Shown: positions 23,169-36,587, numbered from the stretch's first letter. The stretch is 64,000 nt of DNA from Raja brachyura (GCA_963514005.1 OY740782.1:51088001-51152000), one strand, 5' to 3'. The notes: a model not told the origin generated them from the letters alone. A program made the numbers and translations.

Positions 23169-24538
23169 TGAAGATGAACTTGGTCCACTTCCTCATCACC
23201 TTCGCTGAGCCTTTTGCAGCCTCCAAATGTTTAGACAGTTTGATCATTCAGTGCTGGATACAAGACAGAAATGTATTTCATTTAATTATTGGGAAGAACA
23301 TAGATTTTGTCTTTGGTCAAAAGATATTGGAGCATAAGGAGCAGAACATCAAATTTCTGCAACAGCTTCTTCCCACGAGCCATCAGACTCCTGAATGCCA
23401 TGTAATGGGCTGCCACCATTGTCTATTTTATCTTTTTATCCATTTTATCCTTCTGTTTATTATCGTGTTGCTCGGGGAGCCAAATGCAACGGAAGTTCGT
23501 TTGGAATTGCATATATCAATGTATTTCTAAATGACAATAACGTTTGTTTGATTGGTCTTGAGCAGAGGCTGTGTTCATAAAGCATCGATTCCCACTGTCT
23601 ACCTGGCAGCTGCAGGCAGTCCCCAAATTATGACAGCTTTCTGTTTAATGAGAACAGTTGTAATCCCAACTGTTCATAAATCGGAAATTAAGAAAAACAG
23701 TGTGAGGAGACAATCACTGAGACAGCTGTGACAGGGCAGAGAGTAGGTTCTGACTTGCTCAGCACTCACTGTTCTGCTTAGCCCAATCAAGCCCTATATT
23801 GTGGCTTGTGCGGGGAGGGGAGAGAAGGCACTTCAAAATGCCACATTCACATCTAGCAGCCCCGCAGCTGCAAGCAAATCCAACCTACCCTTCTCACAAA
23901 CTCTCGTTCAAATGTACACGGTATACATACATCAGGCTTTGTAACCCGGGGAGGCCCTGCATTCTTGAACTGAATCGGACTGTTTGCCACCTCAGTCATA
24001 TTTAACATTGAGCTGGATTTTAGACCTCTTAACTGATGCTTCTAAAACTGCCTTTAATTCTACCTTTTTAACCTCTGCGGCCATGCAGTGTACTATTCAC
24101 CTGTCAATCAAGTGTTATCTAGTTTGCACTGTTTAAGCACCACCTTGATTTTTATACGTCACCTTTGACCCCTTGAGATTCTGATGCTTCCTAAGTTAGT
24201 AATTTCCTCCAGAATTATTACCCTGCCCATTACTTTAATTTCAGAGTTCTAGTTGTTCCATGAATTTAATCGAACTTCCATTAGTTGCCAATTCCTTCGT
24301 CTGTAATTATCTCAGAATCCCTCTTTCTTCCCTTTAGATGCTCCTTAAAACATACTTTGTGGCCTTTATACTCTTTGGTTATCTGCCCTAATGCCTCCAA
24401 GTAGATAAACAACTGTTTTTGGTTGAATAATTGTGTGTCATGCTACTTTAAAGATGCTTCCAAACGGAAGCTAATTTTCTTTGTTTTATTTCAGATTTCT
24501 GTACTGTAAACAAATTAACTTTAATTTGATTTTGTTAG

Positions 24539-24628
24539 GAGTCACTTACCTGGACCATGGAGGAGCAACTCTATATCCGCACAGTCAAATTCATCACTTT
24601 TACCGAGACCTTGCGGAAAATATCTATG
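24539..24628 (+). CDS. MOCOS: Molybdenum cofactor sulfurase, coding exon 2 (90 bp)
   Basis: ttgttag|GA...G|gtaag. Reads GVTYLDHGGATLYPHSQIHHFYRDLAENIY-G, containing the YLDH(A/G)GAT motif of MOCOS/NifS-like sulfurases. Confidence 0.96.
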
Positions 24629-25720
24629 GTAAGACCTGCATTGTTAGTCTTTAAGCTTAAAATGTTCCTTTTTAATTAGGAAATAATTGATATTTCTCAG
24701 GCTCATAACTGAAAATATTTATGTTCATAACTTTCACTTACCGGATATGAAAAACAGCAAACAACAATAGACCCATGGGGCCTGTTCTTCTAAGTATATT
24801 GCTGAATTGAGAAGCTTATCCATTTATCTGTCATTTCTCCTGTCCTGTAAAATCTTTGGTTAACAAAACTCAATTTAACTCCACATTTGAATTTTTGTAA
24901 TGAATCTATGCTAATCTTGCAATCGACTTCAAAATTTCTTGTACGGTCTCTACAACTTCAATATGGATCTAATTTTTAAACTGTGGCCCCAAGTTCTGGT
25001 TTCTCCAATTATATCTTCACCCTGAATCTATCTTTCTTAACATCTAGTTTTCCCCAACCCAAGAAACATGGGTGCATCAAGAAAAAGCTGTTTTATCCCC
25101 TTATCTTAGTATCTCTTAACCTTTAGAGCCCTGAAAAAAAAACAATAAATGCTTTGGAATTTCTCCAAAGTTAACCCAGGTATGAATTTGGTATATCGAA
25201 AAAATGGTTCTTCCAAGTATCTTCCAATACATATCTCAAGGTGTGTTATCCAGCTCTGATTGTAGCATATTTCTCTGCTCAATAAGGCACTTGAATGAAC
25301 CATGTACAAAGAAGCACAGTTTCCGCTGATACTTCGCTGAATCTAACTTTTAATAATTTAAGAAGTGTTAATCTTTTGATCCATTGAGATAAATAGTATT
25401 CCATTGCTTTCTGTTAAATAATTAATGGTTTTTAGATTAGGGAACCAACAGAATATAGTGATCCAGGTGTAGTTTCAGTACTGTTATGTGTAATTACAGT
25501 AATCCATCTTTAGATCTATACTCAATTTCTATCATAAAAATTCAGCGTACCATTCACTGCCTTAATTTCAAAAACATTGGAGTTACCAATAATCAAAACT
25601 AAAATTAAGATACTTGCAACATACTTGCAACACAATTTTAATTCCTGGAATTCAATAGCGCTGGTACTATTATAAATTATCAAATGAACTTGTAGAGGGT
25701 GTGCTACTTTTAAAATAATA

Positions 25721-26336
25721 CTAGACAAAGTGCAGACCCGTTGGGTCTGATCACCCAACGTAATATTCCACCACTCACCCGTTCCCCCAACTGCGCAGTC
25801 TCAGCTAATTTCCCCCAAATCACCCCACACTCCCTCCTCCTCCTCTTCACCCTCCCTCTTCTTTCCCCTCTTGTCCCCCACTCCCCAATCCCTCCCTCAC
25901 CTCTCGTCCCTCTCCATTCCCCTACCCTCAGTCACTCCCTCCCCCCTCCATTACTCCTCTCTCCTCCCTACCCCCCTCCTATCCCTCTATCCACCACTCC
26001 TCTCCTCCCTACTATCCCTCCTCACCCCCCCATTGCCCTCCTCTCCCTCAATTCTCCATTCCCTACCTCCCCCATTGCCCCCTCCTCTCCCTCTATTCCC
26101 CCTCTGGGTGGGAAAGGGGGGGTGGGGGCAGGGGGCGTTTGGGGTGGGGGAACCTTCAAAGCTTTCATATCTTTCATAGTATTTCACCGATCGGAACAAA
26201 ACGTATTTGACTTGCAGCAGAGGAGAATGGTGAGTAAGGTGGCGAAAAATTGTAGACCCATGCGGGATCGTTTTTGCGTAAATTTAATTACAACGCAGAC
26301 AGGAAGTGGTCAAGATGAGAGTTTTAGTAATATAGA
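25721..26336 (-). mobile_element. Non-autonomous Helitron
   Basis: a|CTAG plus the hairpin cagaccc-gtt-gggtctg at the left end, and gagagttttagtaatataga (TC start on minus) at the right end, followed by (gata)n. Confidence 0.78.
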
Positions 26337-26433
26337 CAGATAGATAGATAGTTATTTTAGAGTGTTTCTGAGCTTTTGAAGATTTGTATATACTGGTTAT
26401 TACTAATTAATTTTCTTACTCATGTGTTTTTAG

Positions 26434-26501
26434 GTAACCCCCCACAGTGGAAATATTGCCAGCAGACTGACACATGATACTATTGACCATGTTCGTTGCA
26501 G
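26434..26501 (+). CDS. MOCOS: Molybdenum cofactor sulfurase, coding exon 3 (68 bp as assembled; +1 C frameshift)
   Basis: tttttag|GT...AG|gtatgg. Deleting one C from the C6 run gives GNPHSGNIASRLTHDTIDHVRC-R (conserved GNPHS) in phase with exons 2 and 4. Confidence 0.92.
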
Positions 26502-26724
26502 GTATGGTATTAAAACTATGTTCCAGCATATTTACCTGGCTTTTTCTACAAAAAAAACTGAAACAATTTGTAGGTGTCCCTCCTGTGCATTTATCTTTTG
26601 TATTTGTGAGATTTCCTCAAATCTGTTGCATATGCATGAATGTGCTTTATAAAGTATCAAAACCATTTGCAAATTGTTTAATAACGTTTTTGCATATTCA
26701 AGCTTGAGTGAGATTAGTGCAATA

Positions 26725-27770
26725 TCAATATGTAAAACTCTGATCTTGGATGTGGATGTATTTGTGTGTGTGTGTATTTGTGTGTTTTTCTGTGATTCTG
26801 AGAGGAGACACGACGCGCTAACGGTAAAATGTTTACATATTCCAATAGAGATTTACCTCATGATCTCGAAAATCGCCTCATCTGAAAAGTTGATTTATTA
26901 TTTCTTGAGTTTTTAATTAAAATTGTTTTTTGAAGGTAACGAGCTGATGACGTCACAATGGCTCTGCTCCTCGTGGCCAGCTGCGCAGAGTTTTCAACGC
27001 TCAGCCTGCTGGGCACTGTATTTGCACAAACTGCGTGTTACGTTAAACCCCCCCCCCCCCCCCCCCCCCACTTGCAGTCATATTGTCGCCTCCCGCTCGC
27101 GGTCGACGCACACTCGGCCGGCCCACTGCCCCACCCACAGCCCAGCCGCCCACCACCCCCCAGGTTGAAGCCGCTGAACACACAGTAATTTGGTTGGGCT
27201 TCCGAGGGCTACAGAGGTCCCGCGAGGTCCCAAGAGCTGGCGAGGCCCGCCGCCTGCTCGCAGCCGGCCCCGTCCACACCGCCCGCTTGCCGAGTTCAAG
27301 TCCTCCCTCTCCCTCTCTCTCCCCCCTCCCCCTCCTCTCCCCCTCCTCTCCCCCTCCTCTCCCCCCTCCTCTCCCCCCTCCTCTCCCCCCTCCTCTCCCC
27401 CCTCCTCTCCCCCCTCTCCTCTCCCCCCTCTCCTCTCCCCCCTCTCCTCTCCCCCCTCTCCTCTCCCCCCTCTCCTCTCCCCCCTCTCCTCTCCCCCCTC
27501 TCCTCTCCCCCCTCTCCTCTCCCCCCTCTCCTCTCCCCCCTCTCCTCTCCCCCCTCTCCTCTCCCCCCTCTCCTCTCCCCCCTCTCCTCTCCCCCCTCTC
27601 CTCTCCCCCCTCTCCTCTCCCCCCTCTCCTCTCCCCCCTCTCCTCTCCCCCCTCTCCTCTCCCCCCTCCCCACTCCCCCCTCCCCACTCGCCCCTCCCCC
27701 CTCCCCCTCCTTCCTCCTCCCGCAACCACGCGTTGAGGGGACGGGGCCCAACGGGTCCCCCTTGGTTTAG
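26725..27770 (+). mobile_element. Non-autonomous Helitron
   Basis: The start a|TCaatatgtaaaactctgatcttg matches the 5' end of the 25721-26336 copy. The end has the hairpin ggggccc-aac-gggtcccc and TTAG|t. Confidence 0.75.
27300..27720. repeat. Polypyrimidine minisatellite (about 13-bp unit ccccctctcctct)
   Basis: About 420 bp of almost pure C/T on the + strand. Confidence 0.95.
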
Positions 27771-28234
27771 TAACCATATAAAAATCAGGATTACTATTTG
27801 TAAATATTACAGGTACATGATTATGAATTGGACTGGCAAAAAATAACTTTAATATTATTATTAATTTTCATTTTTACAGTTCTCTTTGGATGTAAATCCC
27901 ATGTTGAAATTCTAAAAATGTTTACAAGAAGTGGAGATTTTTGTCTAGAACACAAGATGCAAATGGATCATTTTTGATTCTGTGTAGAGTGAAACTTCTG
28001 TTTTTAACATATGATTGTGTATGTGTTCCAGAAAATCTTTTAGTACCACCTCAGAAAATAACCATCTTTTTTTAGTTCTTTGGTTAGAGCACAAGAAATA
28101 GAAACAGGAATAGGTCCCCTAATCTGCACTCAGTAAAATCATGGTGGATCTTTTACCTCAACACCATTACCTCGTATATTTTAATACCCGTAATATCTTG
28201 TATAGACTCAGTGACTGAATTAACACAGCGATGG

Positions 28235-28930
28235 AGTCAGTGTCATACAACCTCGTCCATAGCAACCAAGATGCCCCATCTAAGGTAGTCCCTTTTGCCC
28301 ACGTTTGTCCTATATCCCTCTAAATCTGTCTTATCCATGTACCTGTCCAAATGTCCTTTACATGTCATTATTGTATCTGCCTCAGCTACTTTCACTGGCA
28401 AGCTCGTTCCATTAACCCACCATCCTCTGTGTGATATAGTTGCCCCTCGGATCCATTTAAATCATTCCCATCTAACCTTAAGCATATGCCTTCTACTACT
28501 TAATTTCTCTACCCTGGGGAAAAGATGGCATCTTCTCTATCTATTTCCCTCATGATTTTAAACACCTCAATAATATCACCCCTCAGCCTCCTGCACTCCA
28601 AGGAATAAAATCCAAGATTGCCTAATCATTCCCTGTGGCTCGGGCCCTCCAGCCCTGGCAACATCCTCGCAAATCTTCTCTGAATTATTTCTAGCTCAAT
28701 GGCATCTTTCCTATAGCAGGGTGACCAAAACTGACGAATACATTTCAAGTGTAGCTTCACCAATGTCTTGTACAACTGTAATATAACATCCCAACTGACT
28801 ATTGAAGACCAGCATGTCATCTACCCATGATGTCACTTTCAGGGAACAATGTACTTGTGCTCCAAGATCCCTCTCTTCTACAACAATCCCCAAAGTCCTA
28901 CCATTTAATATGAAGTCGCTGCCAAAATGT
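28235..28930 (-). mobile_element. CR1 LINE 3' portion, decayed
   Basis: Minus ORF LQLYKTLVKLHL...FWSPCYRKDAIELE..QRRFARMLPG. Confidence 0.85.
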
Positions 28931-29857
28931 CATACCCTGACTTTATTTATGTCAGGTTGACATGTTCTGCCAGATATAATGTTTACATTTTACCTGACCT
29001 GATTGTGTGCATATTGACAACCTTGAAGATTAACTTGGTGAATGGCATTCATACGAGAGTTGTTATTTCAAATAATGTGAATTTGTCATGATTTTTGTTT
29101 AGTTGAACAAATTTATAGCTTGGTTATAAATAGTCTATAATTACATGGTGTTAACCTAAGGTAGGAGTGATGAATTAGCGGGCGTGTAGGAATAATTTTT
29201 CTCAAAGGGTGGTTGGTGTTTGGAATGCATTGCCTGAGGATGGTAGAAGCAGACCCTCAACACTTAATAGGTATCTGGAAGAGCACTTGAATCCCCCATG
29301 CTTAGAAGGCTGTGGACCAAGTGCAAATTAATGAAATTTTTGTAGTTGGTTACTCGATGGTTGATATTGATGGGTTGGGTGGAACAACCTGTTTCTGTGT
29401 TATATGACTATATCACTTTTCCTCTTTCTCACTCTAAAGTTTAAATCTTGCATATCAATCTGTCTTTTATGGTTTCAGCTGTGACGTACCTAATATTTTA
29501 AATTGTATAGAATTTGCAGACCTTTTTACTAAAGTCGTGACTGCAGAATTGTCTGGCTTAAATTGTGTGATTAATTATTTCCTGTGTCCCCTTTTATCTT
29601 TACTACCTTCTGCTATCCCATTGTCCTCCATCAAATTTAATCTTTTGTTAATTTTACAATTTTACAATTTCATATTCTCAACATCTATATGTTTTGCGGT
29701 GCTTCACTTGGATTATAAATGGTGTGTTGTCACACATGTTAATTCTGGTACGGTGTTCACAATGCTGTTGCCTTTCTGTTTTAATCTCATGTTCCAGTAA
29801 TCTGGACATGAATATTTATACTTCATGCATTAAGCAATAACCTTCCCAGCAATGTGA

Positions 29858-30582
29858 TTTAGGGGGGTAAGGGGGAAACCGTTTCGGGCGCCTCCTCCAT
29901 GTCGCCTCCCCCGTGGCTTAACGTCGAGGATCGGGCAGCCTTTCCCGGAGAAGCGCCCGGGGCTTCAGCGGCGCTCTCGTCGCGGAGCGGACGTGCCGTC
30001 GCCAGAGTGGAGCGCTCCGTTCGCTGGCCCACGGCAGCCTGAAGCTGCGCTCTGCAGAGCTCCAGCTGGCGTGGCGTCCGCAGCCTGGTATCCCTCGTTG
30101 GGGACCCAGGAGGAGAAGAAGCTCCAACCGCCGGCTCGTGGCCTACTTCTACCACGGGCGCGGTGGGGACTTACCATCAGGAGCGGGGTCCCTCGCCGGG
30201 CACCCCTGGAGAGGAGCTCTGACCGTCAGCCCTGCAGTCTGCGGTGCATCTGGCTGCGGCGCGACGGGAACTTTAAATCTTTGACCGCCGGCCTGCGGCC
30301 TACACCAACCTGAAGCAGTGGTTTCCGGTGGGGAGGCAACGATTCAGGACTTACCTGGACTTTATCTGGACTTTGCCAGTCTGAACTTCTGGATGCCCCC
30401 AGCGGCGGCTGCGAAGAGTTGAGGTCCCGACCACGGGGGAAAATGGAGGAGGACTGGCCAAATTTTGTGCCTTCTACCAGTGATGAATGCTGTGGTGGAT
30501 GTTTGTGTTAAAAAAATGAATTGTGTTTTTGTGTGTTCTTTTTCATTGTACCGCTGCTGGCAAATTCATTTCACTTGCACTT
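29858..30582 (+). mobile_element. GC-rich non-autonomous retroelement (same family as 17570-18170)
   Basis: Shared 3' block gaggactg...ttgtgccttc..cagtga.gaatgctgtggtggatgtttgtgttaaa...gctgctggcaaattcattt. Confidence 0.75.
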
Positions 30583-31580
30583 AATCCACAGAAATTAGGT
30601 CATATACTTGTTTTGACAATATAAAACATATATTTGCACTGCCTTATCATACATCTGTGCTCACAATGCACAAAAAATAACTTCATTTCCCCCATCTTTT
30701 ATCCTTTTATCTTGGATGAATAATTCTCCTTGGATGAATAAAACTCCTGTGCATACAGATATACTTTCAACTGCCAATATGATGAACTCTACACCTTAAC
30801 CTCTGTATTCTTTCTATCTTTAAGATCCCTGAAAACTGCTTGGATTTAAGTAATTGGTTATGACCTGACACCTCATTGTGAGGCTTTGCTAAGATTTGGT
30901 TTTGTGGAGTTCCCATGAAGCATCTTCAGGTCAATGTTAAAAATGCAAGATTCTGTTTTATCATTGATTCTTTTCTCTGGGAATACTACATTTTCTCAGC
31001 AATGGGTGCCATGTATGGTGAAATTTCATTTTATTGTACCATCAGGTCAAATGTTTCTTTTTTATTATAGGCTCCATCTAGTTTGTCAAAGCAGTGTAAA
31101 GGCACCAAACATGGTGAATAAATGGGTTACTTTATTCAGGCATAATAGGTTCGTTATACATGCACATTGGCCCTCTAACACAAAGTTGTTGTTACTGCTG
31201 TGAGGCTGTTGCCGTGACGACTCCTCCCTGCCATTGCCCAGTCATGTGACCGACTGCTGAGGGTTCGTGTAGCTAGTGGCCCAACCACCGGGTGCCACCA
31301 CATCAGTCTAATATTGTGGATTGGATGGTTATTGGGGAAGAATGACTGCTTTGACTCCATTTACCTCTGGTTTCCATTGTTGAACACTTGTGACTACATG
31401 GAATTATTATTTCAGACATCAAATAAATTGACAGCTGACCCAACTTGCTCATAGTTGAGCATGTTTTTTAGCAATATTGATGTGATCACGAGTGCTGATT
31501 GTTAAGTAATATAGAATGGAAATTTAGTTTTGCAGTGAATTCACAATACTTCAAATTTCACTAAAGTTTGTTGACCGTTG

Positions 31581-34500
31581 CGTCCGGTGGCGTCAATTGT
31601 GGGCTGAGAGACGCTGTTGTTTCGCTCTGCTCCCGAAGACTGTTTTAATGAGCTAAAATATGAGTTGGAAGACGGAGGAGTTATAAAATAACTACCGGAG
31701 CTGTTATTTAATTGTGTGTTATCAGAAGTCCTGCCGATAACAGAGAATAACGGCAGTTTTAAATGAAAAAGACTAAAACTCGCCAGAAGCCTTCGAAAGC
31801 TGCTACAAGAGCTACACGAACTTATCTGAAAAAACCTGGAAAGGCTCCTCAATCCCCGCAAGCATCAGCTGGAAGTTCAGAAGAAGAAACTGACTTTCAA
31901 AACCCTTCTACAGAAATGACTTCAATGGAGGAACAACTGGTAAAGTCAGTAACAGCTTTAGTCACTGAAAACATCTCTAAAGTGATACGAGAGGGGAATG
32001 TCGCGCTGGAAAAAAGCCTTTCCAAAAGCCTCTCCGAAATCTTTTATTTTGTTTTTTCTCTTTGAAGATACATTTCTAATCTATATATCGAAGTGTGCTT
32101 TATTTTATATATATATATTTTTTAACTTTGTATTGCTCTCTCTTCCAAATAATAATAATTGGTCAAGGGGACAGAGCAAAACATATAGAAACATCTACGG
32201 AAGTCGATAAGAATTTTTCTACCACCTGTTGGTGGTTTTTTTTTAGTTATAATATCTTTATTTTTGGATATTATGATTTCACTTTTTGTTTGTTAATTAT
32301 CTCTTCACGATTCTACACTTTCTGTTTTTTTTCAAGGTCTATTCTGAAGGGGAGATGCCAACAAAATCTAATAGCTGGGGATGATCATCCCTCACCTAGA
32401 GTAATGAGGTTCTTGGTTGCACCATATGAAGTAAAGGTATTAACATGATCCATAATGCAAGACGATAAACAAAAGAAAATTGGACGAATCACGTTCTGCA
32501 GTTGGAATATAAGGGGCGCTAATGAACCAATTAAAAGGGGTAAGATCTTTGCCCAATTAAAAGCTTTAAATAGTGACGTAATTTTCTTACAAGAGACGCA
32601 TCTGAAATATCAAACGCAGATAAGATTGAAGGCAAACTGGATCGGGCAAACATACTACTCTTCATTTACTTCTAAATCTAGAGGCACGGCCATTATCATT
32701 CGTAAAGGTATACCATTTAAATTAAAGAATACCATAGTAGATAAAGAGGGGAGGTACGTCATAGTCACGGGAGAAATGTATTCTACTCCACTTACTTTGA
32801 TAAATATTTATGCTCCTAATTTTGACAACCCTCAATTTTTTAGTAAAATTCTGGATACAATTTCAGAACTATCAAAATGTGGTAATAGGGGGAGATTTGA
32901 ATTGTGTTTTAGATCCATATTTGGATAAATCTACAAAACAAAAAAGGATTAACATAAAATCTAAAACGTGAACTCCTAAATACATACATGAAAAATACCA
33001 ATATGACAGATGTATGGAGGATCGCTAACCCAGTAGGTAGAGAATATTCATTTTATTCAACAGTACATAAAACATACTCATGTATTGATTATTTCTTAGT
33101 GGACACAAAATTAATTCCATACACATATAATGCAAAATATCACAATAGTATTATTTCTGATCATTCCCCGTTAACTTTCTCTTTAAAATTCGAAGGAATG
33201 CCGGACAAAAAATCGTTTTGGAGGTTTAATCCCCAAATATTAAACAACTCACAAGGTTGTACATATTTAAAAGAGCCGATGAAATTCTTCTTTGAGACAA
33301 ATGAAACACCAGATATTTCACCCTCCTTTTTATGGGAAACTGTTAAGGCATTTATAAGAGGAACTATAATTTCATATCAAGCTTTCAAAAATAAAAAGAA
33401 TAATATTGAACAATTACAGCTAGAACAAGAAATTAGACACTTAGATTTAGAAAATGCTAAAGAACCAACTATAGATAAACACAATAAGATAACAATACTA
33501 AAATATAAATTAAATAAAATTTTATCGGCCAGATTATTTCAAGATTATTTAAGATTATTTCAAATTACAAAACAAGAAAATTTTGAATTTGGTGATAAAC
33601 CACATAAACTCTTAGCACGCCAACTGAAAAAACGGGAAACAGAAAACACAATTACTAAAATTAAATCAGACAAAGGGGAATTACTAACACTACCTGGAGA
33701 TATAAATAAAAGATTTGCTCAATATTATCAAAATTTATATACATCGAAAACCTCTGCAAATAATACTCAAATTACAAATTTCTTAGACAATTGTAATCTT
33801 CCAAAATTAAATAGGGTGGAACAAGAGGGATTAGGAGCTCAGATTACTCTTCAGGAAATAGAAGAAACAATAAGTTTGTTGAAGAATGGCAAAACGCCAG
33901 GACCAGACGGCTTTAGTAATGAATTCTATAAAAGATTCCACGAGATAATTTCTCCACGCTTGCAAGAATTATATATATATGCTTTTAAAGAAAATAAATT
34001 ACCAGAAACACTGAGTCAACTATTACACTTATACCAAAAAAGGATAAAGATCTAGAAGACCCAGGCTCATATAGAGCTATTGCACTCCTAAATACAGATA
34101 AAAAAATATTAGCAAAGACACTAGCGAGAAGATTGAGTAAATATATTAGCAAACTAATAAACCCGGATCAAACTGGGTTTATACCAAAGAGATACTCATT
34201 TAACAATTTGAGACGGCTGTCTAATATAATGTACTCACATAATACTGAAGAAGACCTAGCAATTATCTCATTGGATGCAGAAAAAGCTTTCGATCAAGTA
34301 GAATGGCAATATTTATTCAAAGTATTGCAAAAATTTCACTTGGGAGATAATTTTATCTCATGGGTAAAATTATTATATGATAAGCCAACGGCTAGAATAC
34401 TGACTAATAATTTATTATCCCCGAAATTCCAATTGGCAAGGGGCAATAGGCAGGGGTGTGCACTATCACCCCTGCTATTTGCACTAGTGATAGAGCCTTT

Positions 34501-36587
34501 AGCAGAAAGTATAAGGAGTCATCCGAATATTCATGGATACAATACCAAACACTCAAATATAAAATTTCATTATATGCAGACGACATATTATTATATATTA
34601 CAAATTCACAAATTAGCATACCAAATATACTAAATTTAATAGAGGAATTTGGTTCTTTTTCTGGATATAGAATAAACTGGAACAAAAGCGAAATTATGAC
34701 GATAAAACCTCAAGAGCCGCTACATCTGTTGAAATTCCCCTTTAGAATTGCAACAGAAAAATTTAAGTATTTGGGCATCCAAATTACTAGGAAATATAAA
34801 TCATTACTAAACGCAAACTATAAGCCTTTAATAACTAAATTAAATGGGTTGATTAAATTCTGGAAAACACTGCCGATGTCCTTAATAGGTAGAATAAATG
34901 CGATAAAAATGATCTTCTTACCACAAATACTGTACCTATTTCAATCAATACCAATATACTTACCTAAAAAATTCTTAAAAAAAATAGACTCTGGTATTAT
35001 AAACTTCATATGGGATTATAAATCACATAGAATTAAGAAAAAACACTTGTGTAAATCTAAAGAATCGGGGGGACTGACACTCCCTAACTTATTGTATTAC
35101 TATTGGGCAGTGAATATTAAAAATATAATCTACTGGTTGGACAGTTCTGCCCAACAGGTAGATTGGATAAGAATGGAGAAAGAGGATTGTCCCCCTTATA
35201 ATATAGGAGCGATCCTTCTTTCCCCGATGAAACTGAATAATATAATATATAAGAAGAATCCAATTATTCACAGTACAATACGAATTTGGAATCAAATAAA
35301 ATTATCTTTAAAATTAAGAAAATTATCGCTTCTTTCCCCAATAACTAATAATCCCTCATTTAAACCATCTATTATTGATAAAACGTTTATCCATTGGGAA
35401 AGATTAGGAATTAAAACAATGGGAGATATGTATGATATGGGAAAACCTTTATCATTCCAACAATTACAACTAAAATATAATTTGAAAAATAATCAATATT
35501 TCAAATATCTTCAAATTTAAGATTATTTGAAGAAATATATACAAGGATATCAAACCTTAACCCCAGATTTATTGGAGGAAGGAATGAATAGAAAGGCAGA
35601 ATCAAGCAATTTAATATCTTGCGTATATAATATAATTTTAAATATAGAAACGCCAACGACAGAGACAATTAGAAGGGACTGGGAACAAGAGTTATTGATT
35701 AAAATTCCTAACGATAGATGGGAAAAAAATCTATTGTATGTAAATAAATGTTCAATTAATGTAAGACATAACCTAATTCAATTAAAAATTTTACATAGAT
35801 TATATTATTCTAAAACTAGACTGAATAAAATATTTCCAAATGTTTCCCCCATCTGTGACAAATGTCTTACTCAAAATGCCACTATAGCACATTCCTTTGT
35901 CTCGTGTATAAAACTGTATAAATTTTGGAATGAAATTTTTGGAATTTTTACAAAACTATTTAACACAAAATTGAACCCCACAACAGAACTGATTATCTTT
36001 GGATCAATGGAAGAGGGAAGTAAACTAACTATATTCCAAGAAACTTTTCTTAATTATGGTCTAATAACAGCAAAAAAACTTATACTCAAATTTTGGAAAA
36101 ACGCAACTACGCCAACATTCAAAATGTGGATTTGTCTGAAATGCTTCATCTTGAAGAAATGAGATTTCTCCTAATAGGCAAAGTAGACCAATTCTCAAAG
36201 ACTTGGTCTCCTTTTATCAACTTTTTGCAAGCATATGGTGCAACATAACATAACCTCAGAAATTAAATGGTTTATAACCGGGTGACGGATGGGCAAAAAT
36301 ACGAAATAGGTAGATCTCTCCTAATCTCTCTTTTCTTTACTTTCTCCTTCTATTTCAATCTTTTCAGCTTCTCTTATATGCCCTTTATTTCTTTTGCTAT
36401 CTGTTTCAACTCGCTTTTCTATCTATTCTGATACTCTTTATTTCTTTTTTCTTCCACTGTTCTTTCATTATTAAATCAAAAGTATGAAGTTGTACAAGAA
36501 TGGAAATATGTATGTATGTATTAGGTACTTATGTACCACACTATTGTACTTACTTCTAAGAAAAATTAAAAAAATAAAATAAAAAAA
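31581..36587 (+). mobile_element. Near-full-length L1 LINE with 18-bp TSD; truncated ORF1 (from 31763) and frameshifted ORF2 (32455 to about 36250)
   Basis: TSD aaagtttgttgaccgttg at 31563-31580 and 36588-36605. ORF2 motifs SWNIRG, FLQETH, INIYAPN, SDHSP, GPDGF, RQGCALSPLLF, LYADD and CDKC...HSF..C. A-rich tail. Confidence 0.96.

Noticed and set aside
25741-26343. 200-aa Pro/Leu-rich ORF
   Set aside because: It lies wholly within a low-complexity Helitron interior and has no domain motifs.
27043-27846. Several 150-244 aa Pro- or Gly/Glu/Arg-rich ORFs on both strands
   Set aside because: They are artefacts of the stop-free C/T minisatellite.
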